NCBI GenBank assembly: GCA_023700925.1
Contig: JAMPXZ010000001.1
Location: forward strand, 1-48,173
Source: Oligoflexia bacterium
GTDB lineage: Bacteria; Bdellovibrionota; UBA1018
Reading direction: 5' to 3'
Length of the DNA stretch: 48,173 nt
The position numbers and the translations under genes were made by a program. Within the stretch, counting starts at the first letter, position 1, and the number at the start of each line of letters is the position of its first letter. The notes below the pieces were generated by a model. That model was given only the letters and a program-made list of their open reading frames with translations, was not told where the DNA came from and did no database searches. Of this stretch, positions 21,621-32,314 are shown piece by piece.

Positions 21621-22288
21621 GCGGGATACGTTCCGGAATCGCGCTTCTGATCGCGCTTTTCGGCGCGACGAGCCCGGTCCTCGCGCAGACTCGCCAGCTT
21701 CCGCTTACCGTGGGCCCCGACACGAACGGCCAGACCCCGGGAACGAGCGCGGCCGCGGCTGCGACTGCGACCGCGGAGGGTCCGCTTTCCGAGGACATCA
21801 TGAAGCTGCGTGACCCGTTCAAGCGTCCCGTGATCCGGGTTGACGCCGCCGTCCCGAAGACGGTGCTCGAGCGTTTCGGAGTGGAAACCTTCAAGCTCGT
21901 CGGTGTCCTGACCGGACCGCAGCGCATGCGTGCCGTCCTGCTGGATCCCGAAGGCAAGAGCCACATCATTTCCGAAAAGGTGAAGATCGGCCTGAAACAG
22001 GGGATGGTCGTCCGGATTGAGCCGCGCCGGGTGAAGGTGCGCGAGCGGATGACGAACATTTTCGGCCAGCTCGAGACCGTGGAGTCGGAAATTCCGCTCT
22101 TCGAGAAGAACACGCAGGCGGATATCGGAAAGGTGTCGATCGGGCGAAGTGACGGGCTGCCGCCGCCGCCGGCGCCGGTGCTTCCGCCCTCCTCGGGCGG
22201 CGGTGCGACGTATTCCCCGCCGGGCGCGATCCCCGCGACCGAGGGCCTGATACAGAACGGTAATCCGCCCCGCGGAATGGGGATGTGA
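21617..22288 (+). CDS. pilP: Type IV pilus assembly protein PilP
   Basis: Signal peptide (IALLIALFGATSPVLA/Q), a PilP-like beta domain (FKLVGVLTGPQRMRAVLLDPEGKSHIISEKVKIG..VVRIEPRRVKV), ATGA overlap with pilO, and its position before pilQ. Confidence 0.72.
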   Translation: MSGIRSGIALLIALFGATSPVLAQTRQLPLTVGPDTNGQTPGTSAAAAATATAEGPLSEDIMKLRDPFKRPVIRVDAAVPKTVLERFGVETFKLVGVLTGPQRMRAVLLDPEGKSHIISEKVKIGLKQGMVVRIEPRRVKVRERMTNIFGQLETVESEIPLFEKNTQADIGKVSIGRSDGLPPPPAPVLPPSSGGGATYSPPGAIPATEGLIQNGNPPRGMGM

Positions 22289-22309
22289 GCGGTGAGTGAG
22301 GAGGACGGG

Positions 22310-24163
22310 ATGATTTGCAGGAAGCAAAGACGGTTCTGGATGGTCTCGCTGGCGGCGAGCGCGCTGCTTTTGCCGCTGTCCGCCTGGTCCGCCACGAAAA
22401 TCCTCTCCATCGACTTCAGAGGCACCTCGGACCCGAGTCAGATCGAGATCCGCGCGGATGGCCCGCTCACCTACGAGAAGAAGGACGGCTCGAGCGAGAA
22501 TCAGGTCGTCATCGAGCTGAGTGACGCGCGCATCAGTCCGGCGGTGGCCCGCAAGATCGACACCTCTTCCTTCAATGGCAAGATCCTGATGATCAGCCCG
22601 TACCAGGTCGAGGGTCAGGACACGGTCCGTCTCGTGCTGCAGCTCAAGAGCCCCGTGGATACCGAGCTCCAGTCCGATGGCAATCTGCTCCGGATCACGG
22701 TCCCTTCCGGAGCCGGGGGCGAAGCCGCGCCGACCGCCGAAGGGCCCGACCAGGCACCCGAGGAGCGGAGCGCGCGCGCGGACCGCATCTTCGATCCCAC
22801 TGGCATGAAGACCGCTTCCACGCGCCTGGAGCAGTTCGAGGCCAGCCGGTCGGTGAAGATTTTCTCCGGCAAGCCCGTGACCCTGCAGGTTCGCGACATG
22901 GAGGCCGTCGACGTTTTTCGTCTCATCGGCGAGGCGAGCGGTTTCAACATCATCCTCGCCCCTGACGTCAAGGGGCAGCTCACCCTGTCGCTCGTGGATG
23001 TGCCTTGGGACCAGGCGCTGGACGTGGTTCTCCAGACCCTCAAGCTCGGCGCCGAGCGCAACAACAATATCCTGCGGGTCATGAGCCTCGAAAGCCTGAC
23101 CAAGGAAAAGATCGACGAGGTCCGTGCGGCGCAGGCCGCGAGGGCCGCCGCGGCGAAGATCACCCGGGTCTTTCCGATCAGCTACGCCAACCTCGAGGAT
23201 CTCGCGAAGATCATCCAGGGACTGCAGGGTGAGTCCACGATGGAGGCGGCGGCCTCGGCGGCGATGGGCGGCGGCGGGGCGAATGCGCGCACCATCATCA
23301 CCGACAAGCGTACCAACAGCCTGATCGTCCGCGAGCTGCCCGAGAACATCGAGCGAATCCAGAAGCTCGTCGAGATCCTGGATACCCAGACGCCCCAGGT
23401 GCTGATCGAGGGCAAGGTGATCGAGGCCTCCGAGGGCAACAGCTCGAAGCTCAGCGGCGCTCTCAGCGGGATCGGCTTCAATCCCGACTTCGCCCAGTCT
23501 TTCAACGGCGGCGGCTTCAATGACGCGAATCCGGCCAACTCGCTGCTGGGATCCACGTCGATCGTCAGCAGTCTCACGAAGTCGGGGATCGGCGGCGGCG
23601 CGATCAAGCTCAGCCTGGCGCCGGGTAGCGGCCGCTTGAATATCGGTCTCGACGCGCTCGAGAGCGAGAACAGGGTTAAGATCCTGGCCTCGCCCAAGAC
23701 CGTCGTGCTCAACAAGGAAAAGGCCACCATCGTCCAGTCCACACCGGTGGCGATCATGACCGAGACGCGCGATGCCACGGGCGCCGTGACCCGCGTGCCC
23801 CGTATCGACTACGCCAACCTCAGCCTTGACGTGAGGCCCACCGTCACCAACGACGGCAGCGTCCTCATGGAGCTCACGCTGAGCCGTGACCTGTCGGTCC
23901 CGGCGGGCAGCGGCGTCGATGCCGTCGGCAACCGCAAGTTGACCACGCAGGTGATCGTCGAGAGCGGCAACACCCTGGTGCTGGGCGGCCTCTACACCCT
24001 GACCAACCGCGAGTCGAGCGCCGGCATGCCTTTCCTGCGCAAGATCCCGATCCTCGGCGCGCTGTTCGGAGATGAGAGCTCTGGCACCGAGCGCTCGGAG
24101 CTGTTCTTCTTCATCACTCCGCAGATCATCAATCCGAAGAAGGCGGGCTTCGGCAGCACATGA
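22310..24163 (+). CDS. pilQ: Type IV pilus secretin PilQ
   Basis: Signal peptide, AMIN domain (ILSIDFRG..QVVIELSDARI), N0/N1 domains and the secretin core (ILASPKTVVLNKEKATI.., VLGGLY.., PFLRKIPILGALFG). ATG 22310 lies 5 nt after GAGGAGG. Confidence 0.9.
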   Translation: MICRKQRRFWMVSLAASALLLPLSAWSATKILSIDFRGTSDPSQIEIRADGPLTYEKKDGSSENQVVIELSDARISPAVARKIDTSSFNGKILMISPYQVEGQDTVRLVLQLKSPVDTELQSDGNLLRITVPSGAGGEAAPTAEGPDQAPEERSARADRIFDPTGMKTASTRLEQFEASRSVKIFSGKPVTLQVRDMEAVDVFRLIGEASGFNIILAPDVKGQLTLSLVDVPWDQALDVVLQTLKLGAERNNNILRVMSLESLTKEKIDEVRAAQAARAAAAKITRVFPISYANLEDLAKIIQGLQGESTMEAAASAAMGGGGANARTIITDKRTNSLIVRELPENIERIQKLVEILDTQTPQVLIEGKVIEASEGNSSKLSGALSGIGFNPDFAQSFNGGGFNDANPANSLLGSTSIVSSLTKSGIGGGAIKLSLAPGSGRLNIGLDALESENRVKILASPKTVVLNKEKATIVQSTPVAIMTETRDATGAVTRVPRIDYANLSLDVRPTVTNDGSVLMELTLSRDLSVPAGSGVDAVGNRKLTTQVIVESGNTLVLGGLYTLTNRESSAGMPFLRKIPILGALFGDESSGTERSELFFFITPQIINPKKAGFGST

Positions 24164-24795
24164 GCAAGACGAGGTACCATCCGCTCATCTACAGCTACCT
24201 GAAGAAGTACCAGGAGGATCCCGCCTCCCGCGTCTTCGCGCCGCTGGCGGAGGCGTACCGCAAGGCGGGGCTCGTGGAGGAGGCGATCGACATCGCCCGC
24301 GAAGGCCTGCGCATCCATCCGAACTTCGTCGGAGGCCGGGTGGCGCTCGCGCGCGCTCTTTTCGACAAGAAGCGCTTCGCCGAGGTGGTCGAGGAGCTGC
24401 GGCCCGTGGTCCAGGACGTCCCGGACAATCTGGTCGCGCAGCGGTTGGTCGCCGAGTCGTGCCTCATGCTCGGCCAGGTGGCGGAGGCGTTGGGCGCGTT
24501 CAAGATGCTCCTGTATTTTTCCCCTGAGGATCTCGAAACGGCGCAGCTCGTGAAGGAGCTCGAGGACCAGGCTTACGAGCGGGGGACGCTCGTGCTCCGT
24601 ACCGACTCACGGCCCGAGCCGATCAGCGACGTGGCCGATGCGTTCCAGGAAAAATCCCTTCAGGCCGCGATCGAGGAAGATCCCGAGTACCGCAAGGCGG
24701 AATGGATCCGGCGCATCGAGCTCCTGCAGGGCTTGCTGCAGGGGGTTGAGAGATACCGGTCGCGGCGCGCCAGCAAGGTTGACACTATCCGGTGA
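24160..24795 (+). CDS. TPR-repeat protein without signal peptide, translationally coupled to pilQ
   Basis: TPR-like helices (FAPLAEAYRKAGLVEEAIDIAREGLRIHPN; RVALARALFDKKRFAEV..). ATGA overlap with the pilQ stop. Confidence 0.6.
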   Translation: MSKTRYHPLIYSYLKKYQEDPASRVFAPLAEAYRKAGLVEEAIDIAREGLRIHPNFVGGRVALARALFDKKRFAEVVEELRPVVQDVPDNLVAQRLVAESCLMLGQVAEALGAFKMLLYFSPEDLETAQLVKELEDQAYERGTLVLRTDSRPEPISDVADAFQEKSLQAAIEEDPEYRKAEWIRRIELLQGLLQGVERYRSRRASKVDTIR

Positions 24796-24817
24796 GTCGG
24801 GATAGGAACGGTAATCT

Positions 24818-25378
24818 ATGTACGCTACCAACCAGTTTCGCAAAGGCCTTAAGGTCGAGATCGAAGGCGTTCCTTACGAGATCGTGGATTTTCAGCATGT
24901 GAGCCCGGGCAAGGGTCGCGCGTTCACGCGCACCAAGCTCAAGAACATGCTCAACCAGAACGTCATCGAGCGGACCATCACCTCCGGCGACAAGCTCGAC
25001 CGTGCCAACACGGAAGAGAAAGAGATGCAATATCTCTACAAGGACTCCGAAGGTTTCCACTTCATGAACCAGGCGAACTATGAGCAGGTCGCCCTTTCGG
25101 ATGAGCAGCTCGGAACGGGCAAGGACTTCCTCCAGGAAAACCTCGTCATCAAGGTCATGTACTTCAACGAGCGCCCGATCGGCATCGAGCTGCCGACCTT
25201 CGTCGTCCTGCAGATCAAGGAAACGACCAGTGCGTTCAAGGGCGACACCGTCGGCGGCACCAAGCCGGCGACCCTCGAGACCGGCGCGGTCGTGCAGGTT
25301 CCCTTCCACCTGAAGGAAGGCGAGTACATCAAGGTCGACACCCGCGATTACACCTATTCAGAAAAGGCGAATAAGTAA
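24818..25378 (+). CDS. efp: Translation elongation factor P
   Basis: [37 protein letters not shown].. and a full three-domain length. Confidence 0.95.
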   Translation: MYATNQFRKGLKVEIEGVPYEIVDFQHVSPGKGRAFTRTKLKNMLNQNVIERTITSGDKLDRANTEEKEMQYLYKDSEGFHFMNQANYEQVALSDEQLGTGKDFLQENLVIKVMYFNERPIGIELPTFVVLQIKETTSAFKGDTVGGTKPATLETGAVVQVPFHLKEGEYIKVDTRDYTYSEKANK

Positions 25379-25379
25379 C

Positions 25380-25868
25380 GTGGCGCGCCCCCAAAAGAAG
25401 TCCGCGGCGCGAAGGTCTCCCGAGCTCGAGCGGATCCAAGCCGTCGCCGAGATCATGGTTCGTCACGAGCTGAGCGAGCTGGAGTGGGAAAAGGGCGGCG
25501 AGCGGATTCATCTCAGGAGGGGCGGCGCACCGGTGACGGTGGCGGCTCCGGTCCAGCCCGTGGGTCTCCCGCAGGCGTCCGCGCCCGTGGCCGTGCCCGG
25601 GGCGAACGAGGCCAAGGCGCTCCCGGCCAATCAGAAGCAGGTGCTCTCGCCTTTTGTCGGCACGTTCTATCGCGCGCCGTCGCCGACGGCCGAGCCCTAC
25701 GTACGCGAGGGCCAGTCGGTCAAGCGCGGCGACGTCCTCTGCATCATCGAAGCGATGAAGCTGATGAACGAAATCGAGGCGGAGATCCCCGGCAAGGTTG
25801 TTTCGATCCTGGTGGAAAACGGTCAGCCGGTGGAATTCGGCGAGCCGCTTTTCGTCGTCGAGACCTGA
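25380..25868 (+). CDS. accB: Acetyl-CoA carboxylase biotin carboxyl carrier protein
   Basis: Pro/Ala linker and a biotinyl domain with [18 protein letters not shown] start 1 nt after the efp stop. Confidence 0.9.
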   Translation: MARPQKKSAARRSPELERIQAVAEIMVRHELSELEWEKGGERIHLRRGGAPVTVAAPVQPVGLPQASAPVAVPGANEAKALPANQKQVLSPFVGTFYRAPSPTAEPYVREGQSVKRGDVLCIIEAMKLMNEIEAEIPGKVVSILVENGQPVEFGEPLFVVET

Positions 25869-25886
25869 GCCCGGCGGGACAGACGG

Positions 25887-27242
25887 ATGGCAGCGCCACT
25901 TTTCCGCAAAGTCCTGATCGCGAACCGCGGCGAGATCGCCCTCCGGGTGATCCGCGCCTGCAAGGAGCTCGGGATTTCGACGGTTGCCGTCTACTCGACC
26001 GCGGATGAGCATTCGCTGCATGTGAAGCTCGCGGATGAGGCGGTCTGCATCGGCCCGCCGCCTTCCAAGAGCAGCTACCTGAACATCGCGAGCCTTCTCA
26101 CCGCGGCGGACATCACGGGGGCCGATGCGCTTCATCCGGGCTACGGCTTCCTTTCGGAGAATGCCGAGTTCGCGCGGCTCTGCACCGAGTGCAAGATCAC
26201 CTTCATCGGCCCGAGCTCGGCCAATATCGAGGCCATGGGCGAGAAGACGCGCGCCCGCGCGATCGCGAAGGACGCCGGTGTGCCGATGCTGCCGGGAACG
26301 ACCTCGGCGGTGCCGGATGTTCATGCCGCGCTCGAAGAGGCGGAGAAGATCGGTTATCCGGTGATCCTGAAGGCCGCCGCCGGCGGCGGTGGCCGCGGCA
26401 TCCACGTGGTCTACAATTCCCAGCAGCTCAAGGCGTCGTTCGAGCGCGCGAGCAGCGAGGCGGGCGCGGCTTTCGGCAACCGGGCGATGTACCTGGAGAA
26501 GTACTGCGAGCATCCCCGGCACGTGGAGATCCAGGTGCTTTGCGACAAGCTCGGCAACCGGATCTTCCTGGGCGAGCGCGACTGCACCATCCAGCGCCGG
26601 CACCAGAAGCTGCTCGAGGAGAGCCCGAGTCCGGTCGTGAACGACACGCTTCGACGGAAGATGGGCGCGGCGGCACTCCGGCTTTGCGAGGCGGTCAGCT
26701 ACGAGAACGTGGGTACCGTCGAGTTCCTCGTCGAGGACGGCCAGTTCTACTTCATGGAGATGAACACGCGGATCCAGGTCGAGCATCCGGTGACCGAGAT
26801 GGTCACGGGCGTCGATCTCATCAAGGAGCAGCTCCGCGCGGCGGCCGGCAAGAAGCTCCTGCTCAAGCAGGAGGACATCCAGATCCGCTCGCATGCCATC
26901 GAATGCCGGATCAACGCCGAGGATCCTGACCAGTTCAAGCCGAGCCCCGGCAAGATCACCGCGCTGCACGTGCCGGGCGGGTTCGGCGTCCGGATCGACT
27001 CGTTCGTCTATGACCAGTACAAAGTCGTTCCCTTCTACGACTCGATGATCGCCAAGCTGATCGTGCACGCGCCCACGCGCCTGGACGCCGTCTTCAAGAT
27101 GCGTCAAGCGCTTGACGAATTCGTCGTCGAGGGCATCAAAACGAACATCCCGTTCCACAAGCGGATCATGGCGAGCAAGAAGTTCCGTGAAGCCGACTAC
27201 GACACGCATTTCTTGGAAGAGTTTCTTCCTAAAATTGAGTAA
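25887..27242 (+). CDS. accC: Acetyl-CoA carboxylase biotin carboxylase subunit
   Basis: KVLIANRGEIALRVIRAC, ATP-grasp motifs (GYPVILKAAAGGGGRG, HVEIQVL), FYFMEMNTRIQVEHPVTE. Confidence 0.95.
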   Translation: MAAPLFRKVLIANRGEIALRVIRACKELGISTVAVYSTADEHSLHVKLADEAVCIGPPPSKSSYLNIASLLTAADITGADALHPGYGFLSENAEFARLCTECKITFIGPSSANIEAMGEKTRARAIAKDAGVPMLPGTTSAVPDVHAALEEAEKIGYPVILKAAAGGGGRGIHVVYNSQQLKASFERASSEAGAAFGNRAMYLEKYCEHPRHVEIQVLCDKLGNRIFLGERDCTIQRRHQKLLEESPSPVVNDTLRRKMGAAALRLCEAVSYENVGTVEFLVEDGQFYFMEMNTRIQVEHPVTEMVTGVDLIKEQLRAAAGKKLLLKQEDIQIRSHAIECRINAEDPDQFKPSPGKITALHVPGGFGVRIDSFVYDQYKVVPFYDSMIAKLIVHAPTRLDAVFKMRQALDEFVVEGIKTNIPFHKRIMASKKFREADYDTHFLEEFLPKIE

Positions 27243-27254
27243 AATTATACTGTT

Positions 27255-28202
27255 GTGACCCAGGATCCGAAGGATCGCCCCCAGGGCTCGGAAAGCGCCG
27301 AAGGCACGCGTGTGGACCTCGGCGACGATCTGCTCGAATTCACCCGAACGCTTCAGCGTCCGCCGGAGAAAGGCGCCGTCGCGCCCGACGAGCCCGCCGC
27401 GCTCGAGACGGAAGAGTTCGTCCGGATCCGCGTCGAGGAGATCGGCGATCAGCTCCAGAGCGCGAAGATCCTGCTCAACGAAGGGTTTCCCGAAGAGGCC
27501 AAGAAGGTCCTGCGACGGATCCTCCTCGCCGATCCCAAGCATGCGCCGACGAGAAAGCTTCTCGCGGACATCCACGAGCTCGAGCTCAAGCAGATCTTCG
27601 GCGAGACCCGCCAGCGTCCCTCGTTCGGGGGCGCGAAGGCGGAACCCGTGCTTTCGGGCGCGGATGCCGACGACGTGCTGCGGACGCTCGATCACGATCT
27701 GGAGCTCGGAATATTCTCGGAGACGGCCGGACGCGCGGTAGCGCCGTTCAATCTCGTGCCGGGTTCGCCCGAGCTGCGCGAGTACGCCGAAAACCTCGAA
27801 GGCGAGCTCAAGGATCTTTCGGCCCAGGATCGCATCGATCTCGGGGTGGCCTTCCTCGAGATGGGGTTGCCGGAGCTGGCGATCCGCCAGTTCAAGGCGG
27901 CGATTTCGCTGCGTCTCCGCGAATCTCCGGAGCCGGACACGCCTTTTCTCGCCGCCACGGCGCTTCTCGCGCATGCCTGCATCCAGGCGGGACAACCGTT
28001 CGAGGCGACGATGATCATCCAGGGCGTGCTGCAGGATTCGGATGTCCCGCTCACGCAGAAGCTGGAGTTCTTCTACCAGATGGGACGCGCCTGCGAGGCG
28101 ATGAGGAAGACCGAGGTGGCCGCGGACTGGTATGATCAGGCGCGCGCGATCGATCCGCATCACCGGGACCTTCAGACGCGTCCGCGCGGGAAGCGGAGAT
28201 GA
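27255..28202 (+). CDS. Hypothetical acidic/TPR-like protein, translationally coupled to tamB
   Basis: Helical repeats (AKILLNEGFPEEAKKVLRRILLADPKH; LGVAFLEMGLPELAIRQFKAA; FFYQMGRACEAMRKTEVAADWYDQARAIDP). The start is uncertain: GTG 27255 has no SD, while GTG 27312 follows GAAGG by 7 nt. The stop overlaps the tamB ATG. Confidence 0.55.
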   Translation: MTQDPKDRPQGSESAEGTRVDLGDDLLEFTRTLQRPPEKGAVAPDEPAALETEEFVRIRVEEIGDQLQSAKILLNEGFPEEAKKVLRRILLADPKHAPTRKLLADIHELELKQIFGETRQRPSFGGAKAEPVLSGADADDVLRTLDHDLELGIFSETAGRAVAPFNLVPGSPELREYAENLEGELKDLSAQDRIDLGVAFLEMGLPELAIRQFKAAISLRLRESPEPDTPFLAATALLAHACIQAGQPFEATMIIQGVLQDSDVPLTQKLEFFYQMGRACEAMRKTEVAADWYDQARAIDPHHRDLQTRPRGKRR

Positions 28203-31200
28203 GGAAGAGCCCGTTCCTGTATTTCATCGCTGCCGTCGCGCTCCTCGTGACCGGGGCGATCTGGTTCATCCAGAGCCCGCGGTTCGCGGTTTTCCTGAAG
28301 TCGACCGCGGCCCGGTATCTGCCCGCCGATCTGGGGATCGACGCGGACTTCACCGAGCTGAGCATTCGCTTGTTTCCGCCCGCGCTCTCGCTGCGCAATC
28401 CCGTCATCGTCCTGAACGAGCGCAACATCCTCAAGATGCCCGCGGGCTCTTCGATGCGCGCCGAGCGCCTCGATCTGGTGTTCCGCCCGTTCCAGATGCT
28501 CTCGGGCGACATTCGCGTCCATGAGACGGTCATCGTCCACGGCGATGTCCGGCTGATCCTCGATCCGGCGCCCGTGGCGAAGAAAAAGAGCGGGCCGCGC
28601 CCCGGGGTGAAGCTGGGCTTCTACTGGGACGAGCTCCTGCAGATCAGGACCGACGCGGTGGCGGTGCGGGATACGCGCCTGCGGATGGAATGGAAAGGGA
28701 CGGACCGCAACCTCAGCTTCCTGGCCAAGTCGCTCCGGATCGGCCAATGGTCCGGAAAGGGCGGCCTGGGCTACGAGGTCGGGATGCATGTGGCGGAAGT
28801 CGAAGGCAGCGCGCTCCGTGAGTTCCCGCTCACTCGGGCCCTCGTCGAGGCCAAGGCGGTCGCGCACACCAACGCCCGGGGCGTGCAGCTCGACTCGTTT
28901 TCGCTCGTAGGTACCGGCTTCGATGCGGAGGCTTCGGGTTCGATTCAGGGCGATATCCTGAATCCCAAAGGCCTGCTCGCGGAGGCGACGGTCTCGGCCC
29001 GCGGCAAGCTCGAGCAGCTCTATCCGCTGCTGGCCACGGAGACGGGCGCGCGGGGGGAGTCGCCCGCGCCGCCTTTCAAGGGGCTGGCCGAGTTCAAGGG
29101 CAGGATCCGTGGAAATCTTGAAAAGCCCCTCGAGTCGCTGCGCGCGGAAGGCTCGCTGGAGCTGCTGGCGCCGTCCTACCAGGCGTGGAGCGCCGAGCGC
29201 GTTTCGGCGCAGGGAGCCTGGGTCGCTTCGCCCGCGGGTGGGGAAGTCTCGCTCACCAAAGCGGTGATCGAGGCGCCCGAGACTGAAGGCAGGCCGGCGG
29301 GCGGAGGCCGGATCACCCTGGGCGCTTTGAAGTTCAATCTGGCCCAGCCGCGGACCGTCACCGTGCCCTTGGTTCTCGATCGCGCGCATATCCATTGGCT
29401 CGCGGCGCCCGCGCTCAAGGACGTCTACCCGCTGCTTTTTCGCGTGAGCGGTCCCGTCGAGGCGACCTTCACGCCGGCGCTGGGGGGCAAGCCCTGGAGC
29501 CTTCTCACCAAGCTCAAGCTCGATGTGCTCGGTTTCCAGCTCGACAATCAGAGGCTCGGCGCGGTCAAGCCGCTTCACAAGGTGCTGCAGATCCCCCGGA
29601 TCGGGGTGGAGGGGACGCTCGCGATCGATGCCACGGGCTTCCGCCCGCAAGGCGTGACCCTGAGCCTCGCCAAATCGCGCTTCAAGGTCGGCGGCAAGGT
29701 CGACTTCAGGACGGGCTTTGACCTTCTGGCCTCGGGCAATGCCGTCCTCGATGAGGTCGGCCAGATCGCCGAGGCCGATATCCGCGGCGAAGGCGCCCTC
29801 AATGTCCACGTTCACGGCCCTTCCTCGCGCCTCCTGATTGACTTCGACGCCGACGTGCAGGGCGCCTCCTATCTCAATCTGCAGCTGGGCGCGCTCAAGG
29901 GACGGATCACCTGGGACGATGACCCGAGCCAGCTTCTTTTCCAAAAGGTGCAGCTCCGGCAGGGCAGAACCGCATACGTGGCCGACGGCCGGGTGGACGC
30001 GGGAGCGGCCGAGTCGATCGCGCTCAACGTGAAGCTCGCGGACGGCGACATCCATGATCTGCTCGTCGTGTTCGATCGCCTCACCGAGTCGCTCTGGTGG
30101 TTCCCCCGTTCGCTCAACGGGCCGATGTCCGGCGAGATCGACGTGGTCGGCGGCCTCGACATGAGGCGCCTCGAGGTGAAAGGCCGCCTCAACGGCCGCA
30201 ACTGGGACTATCTCGGCGAGCGCTTCGCGAACGTAGCGCTCGCCGGTGGTTACGACAAGGGCCGCTACCACCTCAGCGAATTCCGGGGGACCAAGCTCGG
30301 CGGAAAGGTCAACGCCAGCATCTCCTTCGATTCGGATGAGCGGATCGACTGGGATCTTCGCACCGAAGGCCTGACGGTCAGCGATTTTGACCATGTGGCC
30401 CGTCTCGACGTGCCAATCCGCGGCAAGCTCACCATCGAGAGCGCCGGCAAGGGCAGGCTCGGGCAGATCCGCTCGCATACGCAGATCGTCGGCACCGAGG
30501 TGGCCGCGCGCGGTACGGCGCTGCCGCCGAGCCAGCTCACCATCCGCACCGAGGGCGGCAAGCTCGAGATGAAAGGGACGGCGCTGGGCGGACAGGGGGT
30601 CCTGGATCTTTCCTACGACTTCACGCCCCTCGGGAGCAGCTACCTCCGCGCGGAGATGAAGCACCTCGACTTCTCGCCGATCCTGCTGCTGCTGAACCCT
30701 CAGACCATTCCCGATCCCGCGGTCGCGGGCTTCGCCTCGGGCGCCGTGGACCTCTCCTTCCGTTCGGGGGCGATCGAGCGGGGAAGCGGGTCGATCGCGA
30801 TCCAGGAATACCTGCTCGCGAAAACCGGAACGCGATTCGCGCTGACCCAGCCCGTATCGGTGAGGATCGACGAGGGAAGCTTTGACATCGAAGGGCTCTC
30901 CATCCGGGGCAACCGCGGCCTCGCGACGCTCACGCTGCAAAGCGATCGCGGCGAGCTGGACGGGGACGTGAGCGGCACGCTCGACGTCTCGATCGCGGAG
31001 TTCCTCACCTCCTCGATCGGGCAGGCCAAGGGCGTGGCTTCGCTGGACTTCCTGATCGGCGGCAGCCTCAAGGCCCCGGAGCTTTCGGGCAAGGCGCTCG
31101 TGGAGGGCGTGTCCTTCCGCGTGCCGGCGGTGGAATCGCCGTTCGAGAACGTGACCGGCTCGATCCAGCTGCGGCAGAACCTCATTCGCGCACAGGGGCT

Positions 31201-32314
31201 CCAGGGTGATCTCGCCGGCGGAAGGGTCAAGGCGGATGGCACGATCTCGCTCTTCGCGGACCGCTTTCCCGCGATCGACCTGAAGGGGACGGTCGGCGGG
31301 GCCAAGCTCAAGGTTTTCCCGTTCCAGTACGCCAAGCTCGATGGCACGGTAACGGTCCGGGGTGAGCAGCTCCCTTACGCCGTCGAAGGCGTGGTCACGG
31401 TCAACTCGGCCGTCTCGCGGGAGAAGGTCTTCCAGCAGAAATACGTTCAGGGCCTCAAGACCACCCAGTACACGCCGCCGCCGACCGTGCGCCGCACGAG
31501 CGATTATCCCTGGTTCCGTCTCGGGATCGACGTGCGTTCGGACGGCGGTATCCTCGTGCAGAACGATCTGTTCGACGTGGAGCTGAAGGCGCAGGTCCGG
31601 CTGGTGAACACGCTCGAGGCGCCGCGACTCCTGGGCAACGTGGACCTGATGCACGGGAAGATGATTTTCAAGGACCGGGTGTTCCAGGTCCAGTCGGCGA
31701 ACGCCGTTTTTGACAATCCCACGGTGATCAATCCGCGTTTCGCGCTGACCGCCGACACTGACGTCAACGGCGTCAAGGTCCAGGCCTACGCGGCCGGACG
31801 CATGGACAAGTGGAAGCTGGAGCTCTCGTCGACCCCCGTGATGCCGGAGTCGGAGATCATCTCGCTTCTGGCGCTCGGGCTCACCGCCAGCGAAACCAAG
31901 CGCCTCAGCTCGAGCGATCGCACCGTGTTCGAGCAGGGCGAAGCGGCCTCGCTGCTGCTCCATTCGCTGGACTTCAATCGTGAGGTGGAAAGCCGGACCG
32001 GTCTGCAGATCCAGTTCGACGAGACGGTGAACTCGAGCCAGGGAACCAGCATCTTCCGGCCGCAGTCCGAGAGCCAGTCCGCCGCCGCGCCGAAGATCGT
32101 GATCCGCAAGCAGGTCACCAAGAACGTCGATATTTCGGCCGGCACCACCGTCGGCGTGGGCACGGGCTCGCAGAAGGAGATCAATGCGGAGTTCCAGGTG
32201 ATCCCTGGACTTTCGGTCATCGGCGTCTATGACAACTACGAGACCACCGGCGCGAATCCGACCCAAAGCTCCTCCTATGGCGCGGACCTCAAAGTGCAGA
32301 AGAGGTTCCGATGA
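28199..32314 (+). CDS. tamB: TamB-like translocation and assembly module protein (AsmA-like/DUF490 family)
   Basis: 1371 aa. N-terminal signal-anchor (FLYFIAAVALLVTGAIWF), a long beta-rich repetitive body, and a TamB-type C-terminal region (..LGLTASE..SLSVIGVYDN..YGADLKVQKRFR). Confidence 0.8.
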   Translation: MRKSPFLYFIAAVALLVTGAIWFIQSPRFAVFLKSTAARYLPADLGIDADFTELSIRLFPPALSLRNPVIVLNERNILKMPAGSSMRAERLDLVFRPFQMLSGDIRVHETVIVHGDVRLILDPAPVAKKKSGPRPGVKLGFYWDELLQIRTDAVAVRDTRLRMEWKGTDRNLSFLAKSLRIGQWSGKGGLGYEVGMHVAEVEGSALREFPLTRALVEAKAVAHTNARGVQLDSFSLVGTGFDAEASGSIQGDILNPKGLLAEATVSARGKLEQLYPLLATETGARGESPAPPFKGLAEFKGRIRGNLEKPLESLRAEGSLELLAPSYQAWSAERVSAQGAWVASPAGGEVSLTKAVIEAPETEGRPAGGGRITLGALKFNLAQPRTVTVPLVLDRAHIHWLAAPALKDVYPLLFRVSGPVEATFTPALGGKPWSLLTKLKLDVLGFQLDNQRLGAVKPLHKVLQIPRIGVEGTLAIDATGFRPQGVTLSLAKSRFKVGGKVDFRTGFDLLASGNAVLDEVGQIAEADIRGEGALNVHVHGPSSRLLIDFDADVQGASYLNLQLGALKGRITWDDDPSQLLFQKVQLRQGRTAYVADGRVDAGAAESIALNVKLADGDIHDLLVVFDRLTESLWWFPRSLNGPMSGEIDVVGGLDMRRLEVKGRLNGRNWDYLGERFANVALAGGYDKGRYHLSEFRGTKLGGKVNASISFDSDERIDWDLRTEGLTVSDFDHVARLDVPIRGKLTIESAGKGRLGQIRSHTQIVGTEVAARGTALPPSQLTIRTEGGKLEMKGTALGGQGVLDLSYDFTPLGSSYLRAEMKHLDFSPILLLLNPQTIPDPAVAGFASGAVDLSFRSGAIERGSGSIAIQEYLLAKTGTRFALTQPVSVRIDEGSFDIEGLSIRGNRGLATLTLQSDRGELDGDVSGTLDVSIAEFLTSSIGQAKGVASLDFLIGGSLKAPELSGKALVEGVSFRVPAVESPFENVTGSIQLRQNLIRAQGLQGDLAGGRVKADGTISLFADRFPAIDLKGTVGGAKLKVFPFQYAKLDGTVTVRGEQLPYAVEGVVTVNSAVSREKVFQQKYVQGLKTTQYTPPPTVRRTSDYPWFRLGIDVRSDGGILVQNDLFDVELKAQVRLVNTLEAPRLLGNVDLMHGKMIFKDRVFQVQSANAVFDNPTVINPRFALTADTDVNGVKVQAYAAGRMDKWKLELSSTPVMPESEIISLLALGLTASETKRLSSSDRTVFEQGEAASLLLHSLDFNREVESRTGLQIQFDETVNSSQGTSIFRPQSESQSAAAPKIVIRKQVTKNVDISAGTTVGVGTGSQKEINAEFQVIPGLSVIGVYDNYETTGANPTQSSSYGADLKVQKRFR

